From: Anaerolineae bacterium
GTDB taxonomy: Bacteria > Chloroflexota > Anaerolineae > Promineifilales > Promineifilaceae
Assembly (NCBI GenBank): GCA_007123775.1
Contig: SLGK01000001.1
Span: 2,120 to 66,119, forward strand
Direction of reading: 5' to 3'
Length of the DNA: 64,000 nucleotides
Part shown: one piece after another, positions 45,559 to 56,425 of the stretch
How positions within the stretch are numbered: the stretch's first letter is position 1
Layout of the letters: the number at the start of each line of letters is the position of its first letter
Notes under the pieces: generated by a model
What the model was told of the DNA's origin: nothing
The model's database searches: none
Seen by the model: the letters and a program-made list of their open reading frames with translations, nothing else
Position numbers and translations under genes: made by a program

Positions 45559-47535
45559 ATGATTAAGAAGTGGTTTTTACATCAAAACAAGCAGCAGGCA
45601 AACGCAGAAAGAGAGGAAGAAGGGCAAAGCATTGTCATTCTGGCTTTTGTCTTCATCGGGCTGTTGGCCTTCGTGGGTATAGCGGTTGACGTTGGCCTTG
45701 TGTTTGCCCGTGCCACCCAGTTGCAGTCGGGTATTGATGCGGCTGCCCTGGCCGGTGTAACCGAGCTAGCCGATGGCGACCTGAACGATGCCGACAACCG
45801 GGCGGCCCAATTTTTGCGGGCCAACGGCATTCCTATCAGCGTCACCCAAACAATCGTCAGTGACCGGGACGTAAACTCCTTAGACGGTGTCGAGTATTCA
45901 GTGACGGGTACCTGGCCTGTCGAACTCTTCTTCCTGCGTCTGATTGGGCTGGAGGAAGTGAACGTAACCCGCTCGGCCACGGCCGCCTATTTCCCCCTGG
46001 CCGACATTTTTACCGGCCGGCGCAGCGAGTATGGCTTTATCGAAACGGCCAATCAGAGTGTTTTTGGGCCGAATATCTGTACCAGCTATGGCGACTCGTT
46101 CTCACCGCTTAACAGCGTTTGGGCGCCCGGAGAATACACCTGGAAGTATCGCATTTACATACCGCCTGACTACAACCATGATATCGTTCGCGTCGAGCTG
46201 TTTGACCCGGATTCGATCAACACGGCTGAAAACAGCCACACCGTCTTCTTCAGCGCGACCGCTATTCAATATTCGCTTGATAACGATCCGCCCGACAATC
46301 GGCGCTTTCCGGCCGAGGGCAAGGTCTTGAATTGTCAAGAGCACTCGGTTGGCGGTAATCCCCACCAGCGCTGGCAGCCCTGCGTTCTCAGAACTGGCGA
46401 GCTAGACATCCTCGAGGAAGATGATTCCATCAGTTTAGACCAGATCAACCCTTACTGGTTTGTCCGCATTGACGAAAATCGGGGAGCGGGCGCTGGTCAT
46501 GGCAACGGCACATGTGGCACGCCAAGCGTCTACACACCTCGTTACAACACACAGACCGTGTTTGAGCTGTTCTACTATCGCCAGGAGTCAGACGGTACCA
46601 TTACACGCATACCGCTGGCCAGTTACACGGGCCAGGTGGATGACGGCATTCGCGGCGGCGGCGACCATATGACAGATATGCGCTGGGTTAGCCCTCGTCC
46701 CGGTCCTCAGCCATATGATGACTACGTTGATGAAAACGGCAATCCAATTGTGGTGCCGGCTGATTTCGGCTCGTTTGACATTAGCCTCAGCAGCATTCCT
46801 GATATTTTGGAAGATCCGGCCACAGGCGCCAGATATATCTACCTGGACATCACCTCCCTCAGCGGCGCTTCCGAAAATGGGTACAGCATCTGGGCCGGCC
46901 CACCCAACGACAATCGGGCATCTGACGTCAATACACGCAACCTTAACCTGGTTGAAAGTCCGGCGGCGGCCAGCGCCCATTTTTCGCAAGGTGTTACCGT
47001 GTTCGCCATGGGCAACCTGCCCATGAACTCGATTTATAGCCAGCCGGTCGATATTCCGCTGGTATACATCGGGCCGGAGATGGCCGGGCAGCGGGTGTTT
47101 GTCAGCCTGTTTGACCCCGACGCCGGCACCCAGCCACCTATCGCTTTTTTCTTTGACTCCATTGCCTTCCAGCCGACGACAGGAAACACCGTTGGCGTCA
47201 ACTGGAACCAAACGGATTGGGGCTTTTTGTACGGAGACGCCACAGATCCGAATCCGGACGGCCGTTGCTTCCACGTCAGTGTATCGGGCAACAATCGCTG
47301 CACCAACCAATGGATCGATCCGTCCTACGGACTGACCATTCCGGGTGATGTTAGCCGTTGTGACTATGGGCATCTGGCCACGCTAACACCAGGCACGGCC
47401 GAGTATCGCCAATATTTGATGGACAACTGCACCCCTTTCTACGGCGGCCGCCTCCATGCCCGCTATGCCAGCAACTTTGCTGATACGTACGGTTGGGAAA
47501 TCCGCCTGGAGGGTATACCTTATCTCGTCCGTTAA
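45559..47535 (+). CDS. TadG-like (Tad_N / putative Flp pilus-assembly) N-terminus fused to a ~590-aa extension
   Basis: EEGQSIVILAFVFIGLLAFVGIAVDVGLVFARATQLQSGIDAAALAG matches the TadG/Tad_N N-terminal pattern. The ATG at 45559 follows AAGGA. Confidence 0.68.
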   Translation: MIKKWFLHQNKQQANAEREEEGQSIVILAFVFIGLLAFVGIAVDVGLVFARATQLQSGIDAAALAGVTELADGDLNDADNRAAQFLRANGIPISVTQTIVSDRDVNSLDGVEYSVTGTWPVELFFLRLIGLEEVNVTRSATAAYFPLADIFTGRRSEYGFIETANQSVFGPNICTSYGDSFSPLNSVWAPGEYTWKYRIYIPPDYNHDIVRVELFDPDSINTAENSHTVFFSATAIQYSLDNDPPDNRRFPAEGKVLNCQEHSVGGNPHQRWQPCVLRTGELDILEEDDSISLDQINPYWFVRIDENRGAGAGHGNGTCGTPSVYTPRYNTQTVFELFYYRQESDGTITRIPLASYTGQVDDGIRGGGDHMTDMRWVSPRPGPQPYDDYVDENGNPIVVPADFGSFDISLSSIPDILEDPATGARYIYLDITSLSGASENGYSIWAGPPNDNRASDVNTRNLNLVESPAAASAHFSQGVTVFAMGNLPMNSIYSQPVDIPLVYIGPEMAGQRVFVSLFDPDAGTQPPIAFFFDSIAFQPTTGNTVGVNWNQTDWGFLYGDATDPNPDGRCFHVSVSGNNRCTNQWIDPSYGLTIPGDVSRCDYGHLATLTPGTAEYRQYLMDNCTPFYGGRLHARYASNFADTYGWEIRLEGIPYLVR

Positions 47536-47566
47536 TGTAACTGTGTAAGCATTCAGCCTCTCCGCA

Positions 47567-47627
47567 GACCGGCGCGGTTGCCGCCCATCATTGGCAGTAA
47601 CCCGCTTTCGTCCCAACCGCGCCGGTC
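47567..47627 (+). promoter_or_regulatory. Perfect 14-bp inverted repeat in the leader of the giant Flp-like gene
   Basis: GACCGGCGCGGTTG (47567-47580) and CAACCGCGCCGGTC (47614-47627) separated by 33 nt, located 31 nt upstream of the ATG at 47659. Confidence 0.5.
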
Positions 47628-47658
47628 CCAACGGGGATGTAACCAAAAGGAAAATCTC

Positions 47659-50319
47659 ATGTCAAAACGGGGCCGACTTTTTCATTCATTGATCACCAAC
47701 AAAGCAGAAAGTGGCCAGGGAATTGTCGAATACCTGATTATTCTGGCTTTGGTAGCCATTATCCTGGTAGCTGTGGTAAACACGATGCGGCCGGCGATTG
47801 CCGATGTCTTCTCACGCTTTGTAGAGCGGGCGGCCGTAGCACCCCCTGCCTTGATGGAATACACCCCCCCGGCCCCACCCGCGCCGCCCGAACCACCGGA
47901 ACCGGTTTGTTACAGCCTTAACAGGACCGAAATAGGACAGGGAACCATTTACGTAACCGATCCACCCAACCCCAATTGTGATGATGAGAATGAACCAGAC
48001 AAATATAACACGGGTACTATTATCACCCTGGAAGCAGTGGCGCAGCCCGGTTTTCTCTTTGGCGGGTGGAGTCAGGCGCTCACCGGCACGATCAATCCGG
48101 CTCAGCTACTCATGGACGGCAATAAGGACGTCACGGCTACGTTTCTGGATGAAACGGATTGCTCAACCGTCACTTATTCGGTGACGCCAGAAGGGGCCGG
48201 TAGCGTTCAGCCAGATCAGCCATTTAACTGTGGTGAGAATCAATTTACCAATGGTCTGGGAGTCCACTTTACAGCCGTGCCCGAAAGCGGCTATATCTTT
48301 GAACAGTGGACCGGCGACTTTAGCGGCAGCAACAACCCGCACGCCAAGATCATTGACGGCGACCTGAACTTCACGGCCGTTTTTGTGGAGCATTGTTACC
48401 AGGTTAGCCTGAACGTCGTCGGCGATGGGTCTATTAATGAATCATATAACCCTAACGATCCCTGTCACGGTGGTGGCTACCCGGCCGGAACAATCGCTAC
48501 ATTTACGGCCGTTCCCGGTGACGAGTCGTACGTTTTTGGTGGCTGGAGTGGTTCGGCCACCGGCAACGACGAGACGATTGAAATCGTCTTGAATCAGAAC
48601 GTGGACCTGACGGCGACCTTTAACCAATGCCATACGCTGACCAGAACGGCTATAGGTAACGGCAACATCACACCCGCAACTGACTATAATTGCAGCGGCG
48701 AACGGTTCCAAACAGGAACACCGGTACAACTGGCCGCCACGTCTGCCCCTGGTCACGGCTTTGTCAGTTGGGGTGGTGCCGCCTCGGGCAATGATCCCAT
48801 CACCACCATCATTATCAATCAAGATGAAACGGTGACGGCTAACTTTACCCAATGCTTTGCCCTGACGACCAACGTTTCGCCAGCCAACATGGGTGAGGTA
48901 AACCGGCTGACGGGCTACTCCACGAACTGTAATGGCGACTACTACCTGCCGGGCACGGAAGTGGGCCTTCGGGCCGACCCTGATCCCAACAATGGCTACC
49001 AGTTTGGTTCGTGGAGCGGCGACATCAGCGGCACGCAGAATCCCACCACCTTTGTCATCAACGACAACAGCAGCGTCACCGCCAACTTTATCTGCGAGCT
49101 GTATGCTCCCTGGCAAAACAGCAGTATTGGTAGCGGTGCCGGCGGCCAGGCTTGTGAATCACTGGGTACCTATGTCGTCACCGGCTCAGGCGGTGACATC
49201 TGGGGATCAGCGGACAGGTTCCATTACGCCTACCAGCAGCGAACGGGCGACTTTACCATTGTAGCCCGCGTCAACAGCCAGACCAACACGGCCGCCTGGG
49301 CCAAAGCGGGCGTCATGATCCGCGAAAACCTGAGTGCGGGGTCACGCTATGCCTTCGCCGCCGTGACGCCAGGCAACGGTACACGCTTCCAATACCGGGC
49401 AACCGCCAACAACAACTCTAACAGTTCCGGTGTGGGTGGCACAGCGCCGCGCTTTCTAAAGCTAGAGCGGCTGGGCAACACCTTTACCGCCTATTACTCC
49501 AGCAATGGTGTTACTTGGACGCAATATGAGTCGCAGGAAGTTGACATGGGCAGTACGGTCTATTATGGACTGGCGGTATCATCGCACAACAACAATGCGT
49601 CAACGGCCGTTTTCACCAACGTCTCTATTGAAGCCACACCAGCCTGTCATGCGGTCACAACGGCCGTTACGCCAGCGGGCAGCGGTTCCATAAATATGAC
49701 GCCACCGTTTAACTGTGACGGCGGCTATACCAGCGGCACATCAGTCACGCTTACCGCCCTCCCCAACGCTGGCTATCAGTTCGACGGTTGGGGTGGCGAC
49801 CTAAGTGGCACAAACAATCCTCGCAACCTAACCGTTGATAATCCTTTGAATATAACGGCCGCTTTTTCACCCTGCTCGCCCAGCAATATCATCTTAAACC
49901 CTGGCTTTGAGTCTGGTCTAACCCACTGGAATACGCAGGGCAACGTGAACACAACTACTGACGCCAGGAGCGGCAACCTGGCAGCCCAATTGTCGGGCAC
50001 AAACGCGGACCATACCATCTCCCAAGTGCATGCCGCCATTCCTGGCTATACGTATACAGCCAGTGTTTGGGCCAAAAGACGGCAGGCTGGTTGGGCTGGT
50101 ATCGGACTTACTTTCTTTGATAGCAACTGGAATGAACTGGCGGTAAGCAGTAGCAACTTGATAGTTGACCAAAATAATTACCGCTTCAACAGCCACACGG
50201 CAACAGCGCCTGCCAATACGGCGCATGTCGTCCTCTGGATAGGTGCCAACAATTTCCAGAATAATAATTCTTTCGTAAGATTGGATGATGTGCAAATGAT
50301 GGCCCCCGTATGTAACTAG
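47659..50319 (+). CDS. Flp-type prepilin N-terminus fused to ~850 aa of adhesin/lectin modules (six InlB-B-repeat-like units, a ConA/LamG-like domain, a CBM4_9-like domain)
   Basis: MSKRGRLFHSLITNKAESG-QGIVEYLIILALVAIILVAV fits the Flp G/xxxxEY processing motif. Six repeats end in (F/Y).F..W(S/G/T)G..(S/T)G. The DIWG..DRFHYAYQ...WAKAGVMIRE domain is lectin-like. C-terminal NPGFESGLTHWN is CBM4_9-like. Confidence 0.7.
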   Translation: MSKRGRLFHSLITNKAESGQGIVEYLIILALVAIILVAVVNTMRPAIADVFSRFVERAAVAPPALMEYTPPAPPAPPEPPEPVCYSLNRTEIGQGTIYVTDPPNPNCDDENEPDKYNTGTIITLEAVAQPGFLFGGWSQALTGTINPAQLLMDGNKDVTATFLDETDCSTVTYSVTPEGAGSVQPDQPFNCGENQFTNGLGVHFTAVPESGYIFEQWTGDFSGSNNPHAKIIDGDLNFTAVFVEHCYQVSLNVVGDGSINESYNPNDPCHGGGYPAGTIATFTAVPGDESYVFGGWSGSATGNDETIEIVLNQNVDLTATFNQCHTLTRTAIGNGNITPATDYNCSGERFQTGTPVQLAATSAPGHGFVSWGGAASGNDPITTIIINQDETVTANFTQCFALTTNVSPANMGEVNRLTGYSTNCNGDYYLPGTEVGLRADPDPNNGYQFGSWSGDISGTQNPTTFVINDNSSVTANFICELYAPWQNSSIGSGAGGQACESLGTYVVTGSGGDIWGSADRFHYAYQQRTGDFTIVARVNSQTNTAAWAKAGVMIRENLSAGSRYAFAAVTPGNGTRFQYRATANNNSNSSGVGGTAPRFLKLERLGNTFTAYYSSNGVTWTQYESQEVDMGSTVYYGLAVSSHNNNASTAVFTNVSIEATPACHAVTTAVTPAGSGSINMTPPFNCDGGYTSGTSVTLTALPNAGYQFDGWGGDLSGTNNPRNLTVDNPLNITAAFSPCSPSNIILNPGFESGLTHWNTQGNVNTTTDARSGNLAAQLSGTNADHTISQVHAAIPGYTYTASVWAKRRQAGWAGIGLTFFDSNWNELAVSSSNLIVDQNNYRFNSHTATAPANTAHVVLWIGANNFQNNNSFVRLDDVQMMAPVCN

Positions 50320-50347
50320 CATGATTAAGTAGATGATAAAGCGACAT

Positions 50348-50383
50348 AAAAGGCCGTGGTAATCATATTTACCACGGCCTTTT
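50348..50383. terminator. Bidirectional Rho-independent terminator between convergent genes
   Basis: Perfect 15-bp stem AAAAGGCCGTGGTAA/TTACCACGGCCTTTT (50348-50362 / 50369-50383) with an A-run and T-run built in. Confidence 0.8.
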
Positions 50384-50390
50384 CCTCATT

Positions 50391-50425
50391 TAGATTGGAC
50401 CAATCTGGCAGATTGGTCCAATCTA
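50391..50425. repeat. Two tandem copies of the palindrome AGATTGG-N-CCAATCT
   Basis: tAGATTGGaCCAATCTggcAGATTGGtCCAATCTa. The two copies can also pair with each other as a 16-bp hairpin. Overlaps the stop of the 50423 gene. Confidence 0.8.
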
Positions 50426-52069
50426 CGCCCGCCGTCGCCAGATAAACAACAAGCCTGAACCCAACAACAACCCGACCAGCAGCACATACAATCCTGTCAG
50501 CGGCCCAGGCCACGTATCTACGGCCGTATCTACGAACGTATCTACGTCCATCTCCTCGGCCACCACCGGCCAGGGTGTGGCGGATGGCAGGGGCGAAGCA
50601 ACGGCCGTAGCCATCATAGTCGGTTCGGGTGAGGCCGCTATACCGGGGGCTGGGGTAACAGTTGCCGTGGTAGAGGGAACGGCCGTGGCCGTGGGCGGCG
50701 GTGCGGATGAAATCTCAGGCTCCACCACAAAAACGGGCGGGCCACCCATATAGCACTCCCCATAACAGCGCGCCCCGGCCAGCTCCAGACGATACACCCC
50801 CTCCTCGGCCAGGATCGTCTGCACTTCACCGAGCGCTGACACCAATGAGGCGGAGGCGGCCGTGGCTGGCAGCGTCACAGAAACCGGGGCCTGACCCCGT
50901 GCCCACAACACCCGCGTCAGACCCTGCGGCCGTTCAAACGTCACCAGTTGGTACAGGTCGCCCTGCTGCTGCCGTACCGGGGGTATAAAACCGGCCGTTT
51001 GCCGGATGAGCGTGTGGTAGGCGTAATAAGCCGGCCGCTTGCTGAAATCATGCGGCCGTATCAGCCCCCACGACTCTCCGCCCGGCGGCAAATTGACGTC
51101 CACCAGCTTATAGACCGAAATCCGCTCCGCCCCCGCCGCAAAACCCAGCGAGAATGCCTGAATGATGTACCACGCCTGCTGATCCAGGTCAATCTGGAAC
51201 AGCTCTACCTCCACCGGCCATTCCGGGTCCATACTGGGCCGGGCGTTGGTCTCATTGATCCAGACCGGTTTGGCGGGCGAAATGCCGGCCGCCTCTTGGG
51301 CAGTAAAGGCGCTCTCTAAAATCAGCGGCACCGTTTCCGGCCGGAAATAAATGTGCAGCGAAATGACGTCAAAATAATAATCGTGGTCCGGCGCGGTGGG
51401 ATCGGCCGCCACCATGGCCAGGTAACGGTCCAAAAAGGTGGGGTCATGCCAGTAGGTTATGCCGCCCAGGTGGACCACGCCCTGCGGATCATGCGCTTTG
51501 ATGACGCGGTAGGCCACCTTTTTCAACTGGTAATAATCTGCCATCGTGCCGCTAAACTCGTGACCATACACGCCGGGGGCAATTTCCGGCTCGTTCCAGA
51601 TAATCCAGTTGTGGACGCCCAGCGGCGCGTAATATTCGACAACCCGGCGCACGTAGTTGGCCCACAAATTGTCGGGATCATCGTCGGGCAGGTAGAGGCC
51701 ATAGGGCACGCCGGAAGCATAGGGGGAATCGGTGGCCCACGAGGGCGTGTTTTTCAGCACCCCCAGGACGGTCCTGTTGTGGGCGTTAGCCTCGTGCAGC
51801 CACTCTTCCATGACGTGCAGCGTGTTCCAGGAATCGGGGCCAAAGGGCTGAATCTCGTTCCAGTAGAAGAGAATGCGCTCCCAGCCAACGCCCAGATCGG
51901 CCGCTTCCTCGGCGGCCCAAAAGGATTCCACCGCGCCAAAACGATGGTCCAGCATTTGGGGTGCGGGGGTGGGTGTGGCCGTCTGCGCCCCGGCCGGCCG
52001 CCCGGCGAGGAATGGGCTCATAAAAATCAATATGGTGATGAGAGGAACTGTTCGTTTTAACCAGATCAT
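50423..52069 (-). CDS. Clan GH-A-like (beta/alpha)8 glycoside hydrolase, secreted, with PT-rich linker and C-terminal TM anchor
   Basis: Signal peptide. NWIIWNEPE (acid/base Glu context) and VWINETN (nucleophile Glu context). C-terminal PPPTATAVPSTTATVTPAP linker and the helix LYVLLVGLLLGSGLLFIW. Confidence 0.65.
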   Translation of the reverse strand: MIWLKRTVPLITILIFMSPFLAGRPAGAQTATPTPAPQMLDHRFGAVESFWAAEEAADLGVGWERILFYWNEIQPFGPDSWNTLHVMEEWLHEANAHNRTVLGVLKNTPSWATDSPYASGVPYGLYLPDDDPDNLWANYVRRVVEYYAPLGVHNWIIWNEPEIAPGVYGHEFSGTMADYYQLKKVAYRVIKAHDPQGVVHLGGITYWHDPTFLDRYLAMVAADPTAPDHDYYFDVISLHIYFRPETVPLILESAFTAQEAAGISPAKPVWINETNARPSMDPEWPVEVELFQIDLDQQAWYIIQAFSLGFAAGAERISVYKLVDVNLPPGGESWGLIRPHDFSKRPAYYAYHTLIRQTAGFIPPVRQQQGDLYQLVTFERPQGLTRVLWARGQAPVSVTLPATAASASLVSALGEVQTILAEEGVYRLELAGARCYGECYMGGPPVFVVEPEISSAPPPTATAVPSTTATVTPAPGIAASPEPTMMATAVASPLPSATPWPVVAEEMDVDTFVDTAVDTWPGPLTGLYVLLVGLLLGSGLLFIWRRRA

Positions 52070-52208
52070 CTATTTTTTCCTGTGAGGACAACGGATTAGG
52101 AGAAGGAACGGATTTTTTATCTGTTCCTTCCCCTAATCCGCTGTTCTCTTTCCTTTATAAACGACCAGAATTATAATACAGCCATTCAGGGAAAGGTAGG
52201 TCACTCAT

Positions 52209-52283
52209 AGTACGTAGTGCGTAGTGCGTAGTGCGCAAGCAGACGGACTACGCACTACGCAATACGCAATACGCAATACGCAA
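52209..52283. repeat. Inverted pair of heptamer arrays (TACGTAG/TGCGTAG x2 versus ACTACGC x2/AATACGC x3)
   Basis: Read directly upstream of the helicase ATG at 52285. The ORF-track start at 52231 translates the array. Confidence 0.85.
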
Positions 52284-52284
52284 C

Positions 52285-54570
<2,286 letters not shown>

Positions 54571-54579
<9 letters not shown>

Positions 54580-54618
54580 AACGTAAAACGTGATGCGTAA
54601 TGCGTAGTGCGTAGTGTG
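54571..54618. repeat. Heptamer array (AACGTAA x2, then GATGCGT/AATGCGT/AGTGCGT/AGTGTGG)
   Basis: Single-arm array that contains the helicase stop codon (TAA at 54577-54579). Confidence 0.8.
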
Positions 54619-54744
54619 GACCAACCACAACCAAAAGAGTTAACGCAAATAGATAAAGGGGACAAAGGTGCAAAGAAAGATGGTTTGGTTCAAAATGGAA
54701 AAGTGATCAACACAAACAGTGCTATAATAAGGCGCGGAGATGTA

Positions 54745-55107
54745 ATGAAGACAAAAATCAATTTGCTAGATGTCGTAGCCCTTACTGTCGATTTGCCAGA
54801 GTATAATCTGTGGCGAGGACAGGTAGGTACTGTTGTGGAAATTCTGGCCGACGGCAAAGCTTTTGAAGTGGAGTTTAGTGACCGCAACGGCCGTACCTAT
54901 GAGTCTATTGGCTTGCGTCCTGACCAGATAATGGCCCTGCATTTTGAACCGGTTGGCAGCTACTTAGGTTCACTGCCTAAAATCGGCATGTTTCAAATAA
55001 CCATTAACGCAGCCCTGACTATGTATGGGAAAAGTGATCGAGAATCTATTCCAGCACACATTTTGAAAAAGATTGCGGAGGAGATACGCAATGTCAGACT
55101 ACAATAA
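54745..55107 (+). CDS. DUF4926-like small protein with a C-terminal extension
   Basis: MKTKINLLDVVALTVDLPEYNLWRGQVGTVVEILADGKAFEVEFSDRNGRTYESIGL matches my recollection of DUF4926. The stop overlaps the next gene. Confidence 0.55.
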   Translation: MKTKINLLDVVALTVDLPEYNLWRGQVGTVVEILADGKAFEVEFSDRNGRTYESIGLRPDQIMALHFEPVGSYLGSLPKIGMFQITINAALTMYGKSDRESIPAHILKKIAEEIRNVRLQ

Positions 55108-56425
55108 AGCCATGAGCATCCACAATCCTTTCTACCATCGGGGCGCGATCCGGCAGGCGGACGACTTTTACGGCCGTTCCGCCGAAATCAATCAGATACT
55201 GGGCCTGCTGCAAAACGGGCAGAGCGTATCCCTGATCGGACCACGCCGCATCGGCAAGAGTTCGCTGCTGCTGCACCTGTGCCGGCCCGAAGTACGCGCC
55301 AACCTCAACCTGGCCCCGCCGCAGGCCCTCTTTGTCCTGCTCGACTGCCAGGAACTGGGCGGTTCACCCCCCGAAGAGGTGTACGAGGTATTGCTCGACA
55401 ACCTGCTCGACGCGGCCCAGGCAGCCAACATTGCCGTCAGGGGTGACTCGCAGCAGGCCACCTACCGCGCTCTGGACCGCGTGTTGCAACAGATTACCGA
55501 CCGTGGCACGACCGTTGTCGTTCTCCTCGACGAATTTGAGCTACTGGCCGCCAACAGCCATTTAACCCCCTACTTTTTTGCCCGGCTGCGCGGCCTGACC
55601 ACCAAATATGGCTTAGCGTATCTGACGGCGACGCAACGGCCGTTATTCGCCGTCACCGCTGAAGAAGAAATCCTCAGCTCCCCTTTCTTCAACATTTTCG
55701 TCACTCTGCCTTTGGGACTGTTCACCGCCACCGAAGCACGCGGCCTGGTAAACCAGCGACTACACGAAACATCGGTGCAGTTCAGTGAAGCACTTATTGA
55801 TCATCTCCTCCACCTGGCTGGCAGCCACCCCTTCTTTCTCCATGTAGCTGGCTACCACGCCTATCAAGCCCTGCTGCAAGAGCAACCATCGTTGGCCAAC
55901 GGCCAGTTCGCCTGGCTCGATGATCCCATCGAAATGGAAGCCGCCTCTCACTTGAGCTATCTGTGGCAAAACCTGAGCGCGGAAGAACAATACGCGCTGA
56001 CCATTGGCACCGGCCCCATTGACTGCCTGCGGCTGCTGGAACAACAATGCCTGCTGGAAAACGATAACGGTAGCTACCACTACACCAGCGACATTTTGCG
56101 CCGCTTTGTGCGTCGGCAGAAGGTAGAGGGCGTCATTCAGTTTGGCCCCTTCGTCATCGACCAGCAACGTCACCAGGTATGGGGTGATGGCCAGGAATTA
56201 AGCCTGACTACTTCGCAATTCAGCCTTTTTGTACGGCTGGCTGAGCAAGCGCAGCAAGTGGTGCATGGAGCTGATTTGGAAACGGCCGTTTGGGGGGATG
56301 TGCTGGTGGATGATCCCGACCGACTCAAAACCTTGATCAAGCGGTTGCGCCGCTCTCTTGACCCCTTCGGCCACTGGATTGTCAGCGAACGGGGGGTAGG
56401 CTATGCGTTACGAACACCCGACTGA
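55091..56425 (+). CDS. P-loop ATPase (subfamily A) fused to a C-terminal OmpR/PhoB-type winged-helix DNA-binding domain
   Basis: The ATG at 55091 follows GGAGGAG. Walker A LIGPRRIGKSSLL, Walker B VVVLLDEFE, SPFFNIF. C-terminal FGPFVIDQQRHQVWGDGQELSLTTSQFSLFVRL...RLKTLIKRLRRSL...GVGYAL is a Trans_reg_C pattern. Confidence 0.8.
   Translation: MSDYNKAMSIHNPFYHRGAIRQADDFYGRSAEINQILGLLQNGQSVSLIGPRRIGKSSLLLHLCRPEVRANLNLAPPQALFVLLDCQELGGSPPEEVYEVLLDNLLDAAQAANIAVRGDSQQATYRALDRVLQQITDRGTTVVVLLDEFELLAANSHLTPYFFARLRGLTTKYGLAYLTATQRPLFAVTAEEEILSSPFFNIFVTLPLGLFTATEARGLVNQRLHETSVQFSEALIDHLLHLAGSHPFFLHVAGYHAYQALLQEQPSLANGQFAWLDDPIEMEAASHLSYLWQNLSAEEQYALTIGTGPIDCLRLLEQQCLLENDNGSYHYTSDILRRFVRRQKVEGVIQFGPFVIDQQRHQVWGDGQELSLTTSQFSLFVRLAEQAQQVVHGADLETAVWGDVLVDDPDRLKTLIKRLRRSLDPFGHWIVSERGVGYALRTPD

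Noticed and set aside
40035-50319. Annotating the locus as a complete Tad/Flp pilus system
   Set aside because: Only pilin and pseudopilin-like N-termini are present. The ATPase, platform proteins, secretin-equivalent and prepilin peptidase are absent from the window, so only the substrate-like genes can be claimed.
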